A stretch of DNA of 64,000 bases from an uncultured Gemmatimonadales bacterium (GTDB lineage Bacteria > Gemmatimonadota > Gemmatimonadetes > Longimicrobiales > RSA9), in NCBI GenBank assembly GCA_963798085.1, contig CAWCRS010000009.1, positions 128,001-192,000 of the forward strand, given 5' to 3'. The translations under genes and the position numbers were made by a program. Below, in pieces: positions 1-9,326 of this stretch. Within the stretch, counting starts at the first letter, position 1; every line of letters begins with the position of its first letter. The notes under the pieces were generated by a model, which had not been told where the DNA came from, did not search any database, and was given only the letters and a program-made list of their open reading frames with translations.

Positions 1-548
1 ATGCCACCTCGCCAGCGACCACCCAGCGAGGTGAAGAAATCCGTGCGGTCGCGGTCCATGCCCGGCTCGTTGCTGGTGGTGGGCAGGCGGGTGCCGAAAC
101 GCAGCGCCACCATGCCGCGATCCTGACCGGCGAGCCGCAGCATGGTCCAGGCGAGGACGTCGCCGGCATCGTGTCGGGGCTTGCCGGTGGGCGCGTCAGT
201 GCCCTCGATCGGCGCCTGCTCGATCTGCTGATCGTAGTAGCGACGACTCATGGCGCCGGTGAATTCCACGCCGATGCGTCCCGAGCGCCACGTGATGCGC
301 AGGTTGCCCAGCTCGAGCAGATTGCCGTCGACGCCGGCGAGCGAGGCGCGCTGGTCGTCGAGAAAACCCAACCCCAGACCAACGGTAAAGGGCTCCGGCA
401 CATTGAAGATGTCCCACGGCATGGGTGAAGTGGGCCGCAACTGCGCGTGCGCTGGCGAGCGCATTGCGCCGCTGACGAGCAGGACGATGGCTGCGCGGGC
501 TGCGCCACGCATCACGCGCAACGCCCATGGCCGGAGCTGATGCCGCAT
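1..548 (-). CDS. Secreted hypothetical protein, possibly outer-membrane beta-barrel (runs off window start)
   Basis: Manually translated open frame MRHQLRPWALR...AHAQLRPTSP...FFTSLGGRWRGG. GGAG RBS, AxA signal-peptide site, amphipathic beta-like segments. Not in the ORF track because it is truncated. Confidence 0.6.
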   Translation of the reverse strand, partial: MRHQLRPWALRVMRGAARAAIVLLVSGAMRSPAHAQLRPTSPMPWDIFNVPEPFTVGLGLGFLDDQRASLAGVDGNLLELGNLRITWRSGRIGVEFTGAMSRRYYDQQIEQAPIEGTDAPTGKPRHDAGDVLAWTMLRLAGQDRGMVALRFGTRLPTTSNEPGMDRDRTDFFTSLGGRWRGG

Positions 549-622
549 AATCTCCTGTTATCCGTGCTGAAGGACGCGGTCGGGGCAATGCGCCACGGAC
601 GTCGCCCAAATGGAAACTGCAA

Positions 623-1429
623 TCACGGCGCGGGCCCCGTCCGGGGCACGCTGCCCCGGGCAACGAGCACGAGCCAGCCGATCACGGCGATGGCGGCAAA
701 GCTGAACCACTGGATGGCGTAGCCCAGGTGCGGGCCCTCATCGAGCGCGGGCAGCGGGGATCTGACAGGGAGCGCGGTTACGCCCGGCACGGGCAGCAGC
801 GACACGAGCGTGGCGCCCAGCGGATACGGAAACTGATTCCGCAGCGCAGTCTCGTCCATGGCGAACCACACCCGCCGGAAGCCGCCGCTGACCGGCGTGC
901 CGACGCGCGCGCTCGCGGGCAGGCTGCGACGCCAGGGTTCTTCGCCCGGGAAGCGCAGGACGATTCCGGGTGTCGAGACGAGTGTCGAATCCGGCAGGTG
1001 TTCGAAATCGACGGTGGCGCCATCCGCCGCCGGCATCCAGCCGCGATCGACGAGCACGGCCTCGCCATTGTCCAGTAACAGCGGTGTCAGCACGTGCGCG
1101 CCCGGCGTGCCGCGATACGCGAGTCCGGGGAGAATGATGCTGTGCGGTGTATCCAGCCGGCCGTGCAGCAGCACGCGGCGGTAGAGCCAGCCCGCGCTGT
1201 CGCGGGGCGCGCTGCCCAGCTCCACGGGGGGCGCCGCGAGCCTCGCCTGCAACAGTGTGTTACTTGCGCGCCGCTGGCGCAGCCGGTCGAGCTGCCAGAA
1301 GCCCAGCCGCACGCAGGCGAGGGCCACCAGCAGCACGCCAATGCTTGCCAGCAGACCGCGCGTAGTGATCGATACAGGACGTTGTGCGCCTTGCGTCACC
1401 CAGCGTGGTAACCGTCTGCCCTGCTTCAT
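623..1429 (-). CDS. SURF1/Shy1 family cytochrome oxidase assembly protein
   Basis: LGFWQLDR, VLVDRGW and C-terminal HLGYAIQWFSFA motifs with two TM helices. Start is approximate. Confidence 0.9.
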   Translation of the reverse strand: MKQGRRLPRWVTQGAQRPVSITTRGLLASIGVLLVALACVRLGFWQLDRLRQRRASNTLLQARLAAPPVELGSAPRDSAGWLYRRVLLHGRLDTPHSIILPGLAYRGTPGAHVLTPLLLDNGEAVLVDRGWMPAADGATVDFEHLPDSTLVSTPGIVLRFPGEEPWRRSLPASARVGTPVSGGFRRVWFAMDETALRNQFPYPLGATLVSLLPVPGVTALPVRSPLPALDEGPHLGYAIQWFSFAAIAVIGWLVLVARGSVPRTGPAP

Positions 1430-1669
1430 GTTCCGGGCGACGATGGGTGGTCCGGCGGCAATTCCGCTGCGCCATCCTTGCCGGGGCGTCAGGTTCCGCG
1501 TGAAGCTGAAGCCGCATCGTCGACTGCGATGAACAAAGGCACCGCCAGCGTGTGCCGTCCGCCGGTGGCGCATCCCCCGCAAGCGGGGAGCGAAGCGTGC
1601 AGCGCCATCACTCGTAGGGGAAGGCCGGACACCCCGGGCGTCCATCGACAATCACCCTGGAGAACCCGC

Positions 1670-2548
1670 ATGAGAACCGACGCGAAAACCGCCGCCGTTG
1701 TCATGTTCCTTTTTTCTGCCGCTTGCAGCCACCGCGCCGCAACGCCGGGCCCGAGTGCCGCATCGCCTGCGGCCACCCGCGAGCCGCCCGTCCTGGCTTA
1801 TGCAGTGCCCTCGCCCAATCCGCTGCTCTACGACGTTGCCGATACCGGTCGCGTCTCGATGAGCTTCTCAGGCACGGATGTGGACGTCGGGTTCATGGCC
1901 AGCGCGCGCATTGAAATGCAATTCGCCGCCCAGGAGACGCCGCCGTTGCACGCAACCGTTCGTTTCACTTCCTTCTCCGGCAGCTTCACCAATTCGATGG
2001 CCGGCGACGATCAGCTGTCCAATGCAGATGCGCCCGCACCCGTGCAGCTCGAGATTACGCCGCGCGGCGCGTTCACCATCATGGGCAGTCCCGAAGTCAG
2101 CACGCGGCTGCGCCAGGTGCTGGGTGGCGACCTGGGCATGCGCCGGCTGTTCACCCGCCTGCCCGCGCGCAGCATTGCCAACGGCACGACGTGGACGGAC
2201 ACCCTCACGACGCGCGACGCGAACGCCGGCCTGACCACGAGCCTGACCGAGATCGTCACATCCACGCTCGCGGGCGATTCCACCGTCGAGGGTAAGCGGG
2301 TCGCGGTCATCCGCTCGAGCATTGCCGGCACCACCGAGATCGTGGGACAGACGCAGGGCGTGGAGCTGCGCCAGACACTGCACAGCACCGCCACGGCGCT
2401 CACGCTGTGGGACTGGCAGAAACACGCGATTGTGGAGCGCACCTCGAGCGGCACCGCGACCGGCAGCATGGACATGCCGGCCATGGGCATGAGCAACCTG
2501 CCCGTGAGCGGTACGACCAGGGAATGGATGCGGCTGCGCCCGAATTGA
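1670..2548 (+). CDS. Hypothetical lipoprotein
   Basis: GGAG RBS before ATG 1670, lipobox-like SAAC, beta-rich mature domain. Confidence 0.7.
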   Translation: MRTDAKTAAVVMFLFSAACSHRAATPGPSAASPAATREPPVLAYAVPSPNPLLYDVADTGRVSMSFSGTDVDVGFMASARIEMQFAAQETPPLHATVRFTSFSGSFTNSMAGDDQLSNADAPAPVQLEITPRGAFTIMGSPEVSTRLRQVLGGDLGMRRLFTRLPARSIANGTTWTDTLTTRDANAGLTTSLTEIVTSTLAGDSTVEGKRVAVIRSSIAGTTEIVGQTQGVELRQTLHSTATALTLWDWQKHAIVERTSSGTATGSMDMPAMGMSNLPVSGTTREWMRLRPN

Positions 2549-2627
2549 CCGGTTCCGGCGGCAGGAGACGCGGTCAGCGGAGGTGTGCTCCGCCGACCGC
2601 GTGATTCACATTGCCAGTGCGGCTCGC

Positions 2628-5027
2628 TCAGATTCCGAGGTTGACGCGCAGCTGCACGGAGCGCGGCCTGCCGAGGGAAGCGCCGGAAAAGAATGCGCCC
2701 TTGAGCAGGTACTGGTTGTCGAAGACGTTATCCACGAATAACTGCGTGTTAACCGAAGTCCTGCCCACCCCAAAGGTGTAGCCCGCGGCGTTGTTCAGGA
2801 TGAAACTCGGCGCGACGTGGATACCACTGTTGAAATTGAACAGGCCCAGGCCGATCGGGCTCGTGATGTCGGCGCCGTTGGTCAGGCCACTGCCGTAAAT
2901 GCCGGTGGCGCTGAGATAGAAGCCGCGCGTCGAGTACACGGCCAATGCCAGAGCGGAAACGCGCTGGTCGTGATCAAGATCGAACCACGCGCCCGGAACG
3001 TCGGCAATGTCGGTGGGGAAGAAACCGCCCGTGACCGGACCGCGGCCGTACGCATGGTTGATGGCGAAATTGACGTAGCCGGACAGCGGGCCGGGCGGGC
3101 GGATTTCGATCGCACTCTCAATGCCGCGGATGCGCACCTGCGCCAGGTTGACCGATGTGGTGATGGCGGTTCCCGGAACCGTGTTGTCATCAATGCCGGG
3201 GGTGCTGTTCTTCGCATAGGCGGACAGCTTCGCCACCAGACCGAAAGCAAAGCGATGGATATAGCTGGCCTCGTAGAAGTGATCGCGCTCCGGCAGCGTG
3301 GGTGAGGTCGATGTCGTGTCGCCCTGCTCCGAGACCGTGGTGATCGCGCGCAGGTCCTCGATGTTGGTGGGGATGAACAGGCGGCCGTAGTAGACGTAGA
3401 ACGTGTTCGAGGCATCAGGCAGCAGTGTCAGCTTGATGCGCGGGCTCACCTGGTGCTGATTGCCGGCGAAGGGCGCGATATGCGAGTCCCAGCGCACGCC
3501 GCCGCGCAGCTCGAGCCACTCGACGGGCAGCCACGCCGACTGCGCATAGACACCCAGATCATGACCTGTCAATGCGCTGTTAGAGGCCGGCCCCGTACTG
3601 CCGCCGGCACTGCTGGTGACGAAGTCCTCGTGCCCTGATGTCACGGCAGCCTGCGTCCCCGCCTTGAAATCGAGTGCGTGACTCAGCTGCAGGTTGTAGT
3701 CGATCTTCGTGCCCCAGGTACTGAAGCTGCGGCTCTCGCTGAGATTGTAGGCCGTGGTATCGGGGAAGAAGATGAAGGACGGTTCGTCGTTCAGGCCGGG
3801 CATGTAGTCCAGACTGCCGTGCCGGAAATAGAAGCCGCTGAACAGGTCGGCGCTGCGTCCGGCGAGGGAGCCGTCCGCGCCGCCGAACTGGTGGCGCCAT
3901 GCCAGATTCACGAAGCTGTTGCCATCCTGCTGGCGATCGCGGATGATGCCTTCTGCCGAGTCGAAGGGCACATCGAACCTGGTGCGTGACCAGTTCGCAT
4001 TGAGCGTCAGCGCATCCTGCGAGGAAGGCACGAACTGCAGTTTCCCGAAGGTGAAGGCGTCCTGGCCGTAGTTGTGGAAGTTGAGCGCGTGGTTGGCGAG
4101 TGTGTCGAACACCACGGGTTCCTGCCGCATGTCCGATTCCTGACGCGATGCGGACACCAGCCAGCCCCAGCGACCGGCGTTCGAGCTGAGATCGAGCGAC
4201 TGGCCATCCGTGCCGAACGACCCGCCATACGTCGAGGCATTGAAGTGGAAGCCGCCCACGGGCACACGCGTCAGCACATTGACGACCGCCGTGTTCTTGC
4301 CGCCGTATTCGGCGTCCCAGCCACCCGTCTGGAATTCGATGCGGTTGGCGACAACGGGTGAGAACAGCTCGTTCAGGCTTCCCGAGATCCCGGCGGGTAC
4401 AGGGACGCCATCGATGTAGTATGTGTACTCGGCGTGCTGGCCCCGGATGTGGACCTCGCCCGTGGGCGCACGCGCCGCGCCCACAATCGACTGCTGCAGG
4501 ATCTGTGAGGTCGTGGCCGTGGGCGCGCCATGGTAGTTGTTCTGCTCGAACACCTGGTTACCACTGCGGCTGTCCACGGCAATGGGCGCGCGTGTGACGA
4601 CGCTGAGCGGGCCCAGGCCGACTGGCGCCGTGGCCAGCCGGAAGGCGACGCTCACGTTCCCGCCCGTGTCACCGATGGTCACGCTCTGCTCACTCACACG
4701 GTAGCCGATCAGCCGTGCGCTCAGCGTGTAGCGACCCGGCGGCAGGTCGTGCACGATCCAGCGGCCGAACTGGTCCGCCTCGACATTCGCCACTTCCTGA
4801 TCGCCTCGCCGGACGATGACATAGGCGGTGGGAAGCGGTTGTCCCGTAGTGCTGTCGCGCACGGTCCCGACGACATCGGCGTTGGGCGGGTCCAGATGTG
4901 TTCGCAGTCCGTGAATGTCAGGCGACGATGCGGTCGTCACCTTCGCGTCGGCACCCTGCGGCCGCAGCAGCGTCAGCAGGGACATGGCCAGCAGGATGAT
5001 GCTCCTGCGCAGATCATGAATGCGCAT
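2628..5027 (-). CDS. TonB-dependent receptor with N-terminal carboxypeptidase-regulatory-like domain
   Basis: Signal peptide, plug motifs (HIRGQ, YYIDGVP, RIEFQTGG...EYG), barrel ending DNVFDNQY...PRSVQLRVNLGI. Confidence 0.93.
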   Translation of the reverse strand: MRIHDLRRSIILLAMSLLTLLRPQGADAKVTTASSPDIHGLRTHLDPPNADVVGTVRDSTTGQPLPTAYVIVRRGDQEVANVEADQFGRWIVHDLPPGRYTLSARLIGYRVSEQSVTIGDTGGNVSVAFRLATAPVGLGPLSVVTRAPIAVDSRSGNQVFEQNNYHGAPTATTSQILQQSIVGAARAPTGEVHIRGQHAEYTYYIDGVPVPAGISGSLNELFSPVVANRIEFQTGGWDAEYGGKNTAVVNVLTRVPVGGFHFNASTYGGSFGTDGQSLDLSSNAGRWGWLVSASRQESDMRQEPVVFDTLANHALNFHNYGQDAFTFGKLQFVPSSQDALTLNANWSRTRFDVPFDSAEGIIRDRQQDGNSFVNLAWRHQFGGADGSLAGRSADLFSGFYFRHGSLDYMPGLNDEPSFIFFPDTTAYNLSESRSFSTWGTKIDYNLQLSHALDFKAGTQAAVTSGHEDFVTSSAGGSTGPASNSALTGHDLGVYAQSAWLPVEWLELRGGVRWDSHIAPFAGNQHQVSPRIKLTLLPDASNTFYVYYGRLFIPTNIEDLRAITTVSEQGDTTSTSPTLPERDHFYEASYIHRFAFGLVAKLSAYAKNSTPGIDDNTVPGTAITTSVNLAQVRIRGIESAIEIRPPGPLSGYVNFAINHAYGRGPVTGGFFPTDIADVPGAWFDLDHDQRVSALALAVYSTRGFYLSATGIYGSGLTNGADITSPIGLGLFNFNSGIHVAPSFILNNAAGYTFGVGRTSVNTQLFVDNVFDNQYLLKGAFFSGASLGRPRSVQLRVNLGI

Positions 5028-5153
5028 GAATTCTCCCATGATTGCAGGCGCGCGGCCCGAGCGGCCGTCGCGCGGTTTCGTCCTGTGATGGCGCACTCGC
5101 GCACCCGCACGGGTGCGTGCGCGCCGATCACGCGTTCGTTGTGGGCTTGTGGA

Positions 5154-5495
5154 TCAGGACGTGGGAGGATCGCGGGAGCGGGGCCGTGCGCGCTGCGCCG
5201 AGAGTTGCGTCGTCCGCGCACCGGGTACTTCGGCGACGCGCGTTGTTGCCGGGACCGAAATCGGAGCGGGCTGGCCCGCCAGCACACTGCTGGTCTGCAG
5301 ATGCTGGCAGATGACGCAGGAGAACGGGCCCTGTGCGGGCCCATCCGGTTCGTGGGAGGCGCTGTGGCTCTCCGCGGCGCGGCTGTGGATGATGGCATCG
5401 ACAGCCGGCGCAGCACCGGATACACACAGCTGGAACGCTGCGAACACCGTGGCCAGCAGGCGCCGCGGATTCTGGCGACCGGAAAGGCTGAACAA
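5154..5495 (-). CDS. DUF2946/CruR/CutF-like small protein (putative metal-responsive leader)
   Basis: TTG start with GAGGT RBS. N-terminal hydrophobic segment, His-rich stretch, CVIC motif, C-terminal RSRDPP. Lies directly upstream of the TonB receptor. Confidence 0.7.
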   Translation of the reverse strand: MFSLSGRQNPRRLLATVFAAFQLCVSGAAPAVDAIIHSRAAESHSASHEPDGPAQGPFSCVICQHLQTSSVLAGQPAPISVPATTRVAEVPGARTTQLSAQRARPRSRDPPTS

Positions 5496-5659
5496 CCCGT
5501 TTACCTCATGCCATTCACCAGGCGTGCGTTCTGCATCTCACCCAGCAGGACGCGCGACCGCCTGCAACCGTTGGCGCGCCCGATGTGCGCTGGAGACTGG
5601 CCGCGGCGGCCGCGCGAGAGAATCCACGTACACGCGGCCCGCGTCAGTGTTGCGAGCGA

Positions 5660-6292
5660 TCACGCCGGTTCCGTGGCGTCGCCGAGCGCGGCCCGGATGC
5701 CGGCTGGTTCCCAGTCATATTCCATGTAGTGCGCCGCTTCGGCGGCACAATCCCAGCCGTGATAGCGCGCCACCAGATAGAGCGCCGCATCAATGCCCGC
5801 CGCCACGCCGGCCGCCACGATGAGCGGGCCGTTGTCGAGCAGGCGGCGCTGGTCGTGCACGCGGGCGCGCGGCGCCACCTCGCGCAGCAGCTCGAGTGCG
5901 CCATGGTGCGTAGTAGCATCGCACTCATCCAGCAGGCCGGCCCGGCCCAGCAGCAACGCACCCGTGCAGATCGACAGCACCGTCTCCGCCGCCGCTGCGC
6001 GTTCGCTCAGCCACTGCAGGAGCGGCCTGTTGTCCATTTCCCGCCGCGTTCCGTAGCCGCCCGGCACCACGAGCACATCGAGCCGCGGCGCGCTGTCCAG
6101 CGAATGGTGGGGATTCACGCTCAGCCCACCCCGACAGATTACCGGCCGCTCATGCTCTGCAATCGTGACGGCCTGGAACAATGCCCGCCCCTCGCGTCGT
6201 CCCGCCACCGAGAAGACCTCGAACGGCCCGCAGAAATCCAGCACCTCCACTTCATCGAAGATCAGAATGCCGACCATTCGGGTGTCGCTCAT
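5660..6292 (-). CDS. DJ-1/PfpI family protein
   Basis: EVLDFCGPFEVF, VPGG, SICTG nucleophile elbow, AGVAAGID. Confidence 0.92.
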   Translation of the reverse strand: MSDTRMVGILIFDEVEVLDFCGPFEVFSVAGRREGRALFQAVTIAEHERPVICRGGLSVNPHHSLDSAPRLDVLVVPGGYGTRREMDNRPLLQWLSERAAAAETVLSICTGALLLGRAGLLDECDATTHHGALELLREVAPRARVHDQRRLLDNGPLIVAAGVAAGIDAALYLVARYHGWDCAAEAAHYMEYDWEPAGIRAALGDATEPA

Positions 6293-6391
6293 CGTTCCCC
6301 CTTTCCCCGCTGGTGGGCGGTCACTGGCGCCTGGCTGTGGACCGCGTTGCCTGGCCTGCGCTCGGCCCTGCTGGTTCAAGGATTCAACTGC

Positions 6392-6478
6392 GTTGCTGGC
6401 GCTCGCAACGGATCGGCGGCGTTGCTGGCGCTCCCATCGGGTCCCCGGTGTTGCTGGCGCTGGTTGCTCGGGAACGGA
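6392..6478. repeat. Three GTTGCTGGCGCT direct repeats ending in GCTGGTTGCTCGGGAACGG (member of a dispersed repeat family)
   Basis: Copies near 6392, 6421 and 6450. The terminal 19-mer is identical to the reverse complement of about 57995-58013. Confidence 0.6.
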
Positions 6479-6638
6479 TTTCGTAAGCAATATGCCGTCG
6501 TTTCTCCATACCTGCTTCTCTCGACCGGGTCACCGTCCCGCTGCTGAACCTGCGCCCCTCGGTGGCCCCTGCGGCCACTGTGTGATGATGAAGTTGTCCG
6601 TATCCGTGAATCCGTAGTGGCGGTTCGCCCCCGATCCC

Positions 6639-7283
6639 TCACTTCCCGAAGGCCCTGCCCCCTGCGCCCGCGTACACGAAGCGGAATGTGACGCACCCGG
6701 GTTCCGCACCGGGGCAGTAGTAGCTGAGGATCTGGAGGCGGGCGTAGCGGCCGTCGGCGGTGCGCACGATCCAGGTGGAGGGACGCGGCCGCAGAATATG
6801 GCTGGTCCAGCTGTAGGCGTACCAGTGTGCTATTGCGGTGTTAGTGGAATCGCCGCGCGCACTGCTGGCCGTGTAGCCGGTATCGGGCGCGACAGGCACG
6901 GAATCGAAGGGCGTGTGCTGCAACTCGCGAATGCCACCCTGGCCGGCGAAACCCGCCCCGCCGTTGGCAATGATGTGGAAGCGGCGGAACGCCAGGTCCC
7001 AGCCCAGCGGGTCGCCGGGGGGGACCACACTGCCGCGCGAGAAGTCGAAATACTGCCACACATCAGGCGACGACGCGTCGATCGTGTACGTCACCGGCCC
7101 CAGCAGGCGGTCGCCGATCTCGACTGGTTGCGGCGGTGTGGGTGTAAAGACGGGCACGGAAGGGCGGCGCAGTGTCGACGCCACGAAGATCACGACGAGC
7201 AGCAGCAGCACCGTGACGATCACGATGCGCGCGGTCCGCCCGGGCGCCGCGCCGGCCGCTGCGGGCGCCCCGGGCTCGCTCAC
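6639..7283 (-). CDS. HmuY family haem-binding protein, N-terminally membrane anchored
   Basis: WQYFDFSRG, WDLAFRR, WYAYS...H.L.P and VRTADGRYARLQILSYY motifs typical of HmuY-like proteins. Confidence 0.85.
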   Translation of the reverse strand: MSEPGAPAAAGAAPGRTARIVIVTVLLLLVVIFVASTLRRPSVPVFTPTPPQPVEIGDRLLGPVTYTIDASSPDVWQYFDFSRGSVVPPGDPLGWDLAFRRFHIIANGGAGFAGQGGIRELQHTPFDSVPVAPDTGYTASSARGDSTNTAIAHWYAYSWTSHILRPRPSTWIVRTADGRYARLQILSYYCPGAEPGCVTFRFVYAGAGGRAFGK

Positions 7284-7323
7284 TGCCCGCGCCCACCCGC
7301 GGTTACGACCCGACCCGCCTCAG

Positions 7324-7530
7324 TCAGCGATCGCGCTCGTAGCCGAGGATGCGATTCAGTCGGCTCAGGTAGAACGCCAGACCCACGGCGAGCACGCCGA
7401 AAACGAGTGAGAAGACGAGCACACCCGCCCCGCCCTCCGCGCGGAACGCACGCGCTTCGTACAGCGAGAACCCCAGGCAGAACGCGATCGCCGTGGCGAT
7501 CAGAAAGCGATGAAAACTGATCAGCGACAA
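7324..7530 (-). CDS. Small two-TM membrane protein
   Basis: 68 aa, two hydrophobic helices (FHRFLIATAIAFC...; YLSRL), in operon orientation. Confidence 0.7.
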   Translation of the reverse strand: MSLISFHRFLIATAIAFCLGFSLYEARAFRAEGGAGVLVFSLVFGVLAVGLAFYLSRLNRILGYERDR

Positions 7531-7540
7531 GACTCACCAT

Positions 7541-7699
7541 CCTTCTCTTCACCGCGGAGAGCGCGGAGGGCGCAGGTCAATGCTGGAGTAACGGATTGTC
7601 TTCAATGTACCACGCCATCGGTCGACGTTCTATGGGTGGGAACCGCCACAGAAACGCCATCAGCGCCTCGGCCCTCCGCGATCTCCGCGGTAAAGAAGG
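7541..7699. repeat. REP-like inverted repeat pair
   Basis: CCTTCTCTTCACCGCGGAGAGCGCGGAGGGC (7541-7571) versus the near-perfect reverse complement at 7671-7699. Confidence 0.7.
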
Positions 7700-7701
7700 G
7701 T

Positions 7702-8667
7702 CTAGTCGGTACCGACGAGCTCTTCTTCGAGGTCGTGGCTGAGGTGCTCGCGCAGTTCGGGATGTTCGTGCAGCAGATAACCGCCCATTACGAGCGCCGC
7801 GATGAGGTTGCCGACGATGATGGTCCACCACTGGATGGCATCCAGCAGCCAGGCGGCGACGATGGCGAGCAGGCCGATGAACATCACCTCGAGGGTGACG
7901 AAGAAGAGCACCATGCCCAGCAGCAGGGGCGGCTCGCGGCGGGCCGCTTCGGTCAGAGCGGACGCGATCAGGCCCACAGCCAGGAACGCGACCACGTGCA
8001 GGCCGGTGTAGCCCAGCACGGTCTCCAGGGTGATCTGCACTTCGTGCACGCCGCGGGCGCCGAAGAAGATCGCGGAGCCGAGGGCGCCGGGTGTGAAGAA
8101 CATGCGGCCGTGCACCAGGTCGAGCACGAGGAACCACACCATCACGGCAACGGCGCCCAGCAGACCGGCGACCAGGCCCTCGCGGATCGTGCGGTGCTCG
8201 CGCAGCGCATCGCGCAGCCGGGCCTTGGGCCAGGGCGATGTCATGTAGAGGTAGCGCATCAGCACGGAGCCGGCGATGAGGTTGCCCGCCAGCACGGCCG
8301 GCCAGCCCAGCTCGCGCACGACATTGGTGCCGGTGACGATCACACCTGCGTAGAAGATCATGTCGAACAGCAGGAACCCGAGCACCAGGCCAAGCAGGAA
8401 GTACGGCGGGATGTGGGCCCGGTCCAGCGTCCATGACACGGCAATGCCGACCAGGATGAACACCGTGAAGTGGAACGCCGTGTACATGGCGAGCAGCACG
8501 GCGCCCGGCTGCGCACCGTGCAGGTTGAGCAGTGCACTGGCGACGAAGGTGGGCGTGTAGAACGGCGTCGCGCGGGCCAGATCGATGGCCAGGAACCAGA
8601 GCGCGAGTGCTGCGGCGCCCACGAGTCCGGCAACGGCGCCCCGGGAAACGGATCCACTCCACTTCAT
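7702..8667 (-). CDS. Polytopic membrane protein with internal duplication, unknown function
   Basis: Two homologous halves (GAVAGLVGAAALALWF..D.....FYTP / GLVAGLLGAVAVMVWF..D.....FFTP), each with a Y-T-x-x-H motif. GGAGG RBS. Confidence 0.8.
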   Translation of the reverse strand: MKWSGSVSRGAVAGLVGAAALALWFLAIDLARATPFYTPTFVASALLNLHGAQPGAVLLAMYTAFHFTVFILVGIAVSWTLDRAHIPPYFLLGLVLGFLLFDMIFYAGVIVTGTNVVRELGWPAVLAGNLIAGSVLMRYLYMTSPWPKARLRDALREHRTIREGLVAGLLGAVAVMVWFLVLDLVHGRMFFTPGALGSAIFFGARGVHEVQITLETVLGYTGLHVVAFLAVGLIASALTEAARREPPLLLGMVLFFVTLEVMFIGLLAIVAAWLLDAIQWWTIIVGNLIAALVMGGYLLHEHPELREHLSHDLEEELVGTD

Positions 8668-8839
8668 GCTCGCCTCCGGGTCAGCACTCCAGCAGCATTC
8701 ACCGCGGCGGGCGCGGCGGATGCTGACAAAGTCGTGGAAACGACACGGCGCTGATTTCAACCATCTTTGCGTCCCGGCACCGGGGAACGCAATGCTGCAA
8801 TGAGACTGTACCCGCGCTTCCGCGTGCGCCGCGGCAGCG

Positions 8840-8998
8840 TCAGCGGTGCGGCGGAGTCGTGCTGGACTGCTGGCGGCTCAGGCGCTGCTGCTTGATGATG
8901 AACACGGCAATGGCCACACCCAGCGCCACGGGCGGCAGTGCCATGACGACGCCACCCCAGAACATGCCGGTCATCAGTGACTGCATCACGTCGTGCAT
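8840..8998 (-). CDS. Small single-TM protein (52 aa) downstream of oxidase subunit IV
   Basis: Manual translation MHDVMQSLMTGMFWGGVVMALPPVALGVAIAVFIIKQQR..., starting 7 nt after the subunit IV stop. Below the ORF-track size cutoff. Confidence 0.6.
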   Translation of the reverse strand: MHDVMQSLMTGMFWGGVVMALPPVALGVAIAVFIIKQQRLSRQQSSTTPPHR

Positions 8999-9005
8999 CG
9001 GATTC

Positions 9006-9317
9006 CTACCAGTGCTCGCGCAGCACGATCACCACGAGGATGACGGCGAGCGGGAAGGGTGCGGCCGCGAACAGCCAGAGTTTGCGCGGCTCGAACCTCA
9101 GGTGCATGTAGTACATCGCGACGAGCAGCGCCTTCCAGATGGCGAGCCCGACCAGGATGAGGATGAGAATGGTCTCGGGAAGTGCCGACAGGAACGCGAC
9201 ACCCAGTTCGGCCCCGGTCAGCACGCCCAGGATGACCCAGATCAGGTAGTAGTTGGGCGCCGCGTGTTTTGCCGGCTCCGCGGATGGCGAGCCATGATCC
9301 GACATGTTGGATGCCAT
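9006..9317 (-). CDS. ctaF: Cytochrome c oxidase subunit IV family (COX4_pro)
   Basis: Three TM helices, KALLVAMYYMHLRFE motif, follows subunit III. Confidence 0.88.
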   Translation of the reverse strand: MASNMSDHGSPSAEPAKHAAPNYYLIWVILGVLTGAELGVAFLSALPETILILILVGLAIWKALLVAMYYMHLRFEPRKLWLFAAAPFPLAVILVVIVLREHW

Positions 9318-9326
9318 GATCGCCTC

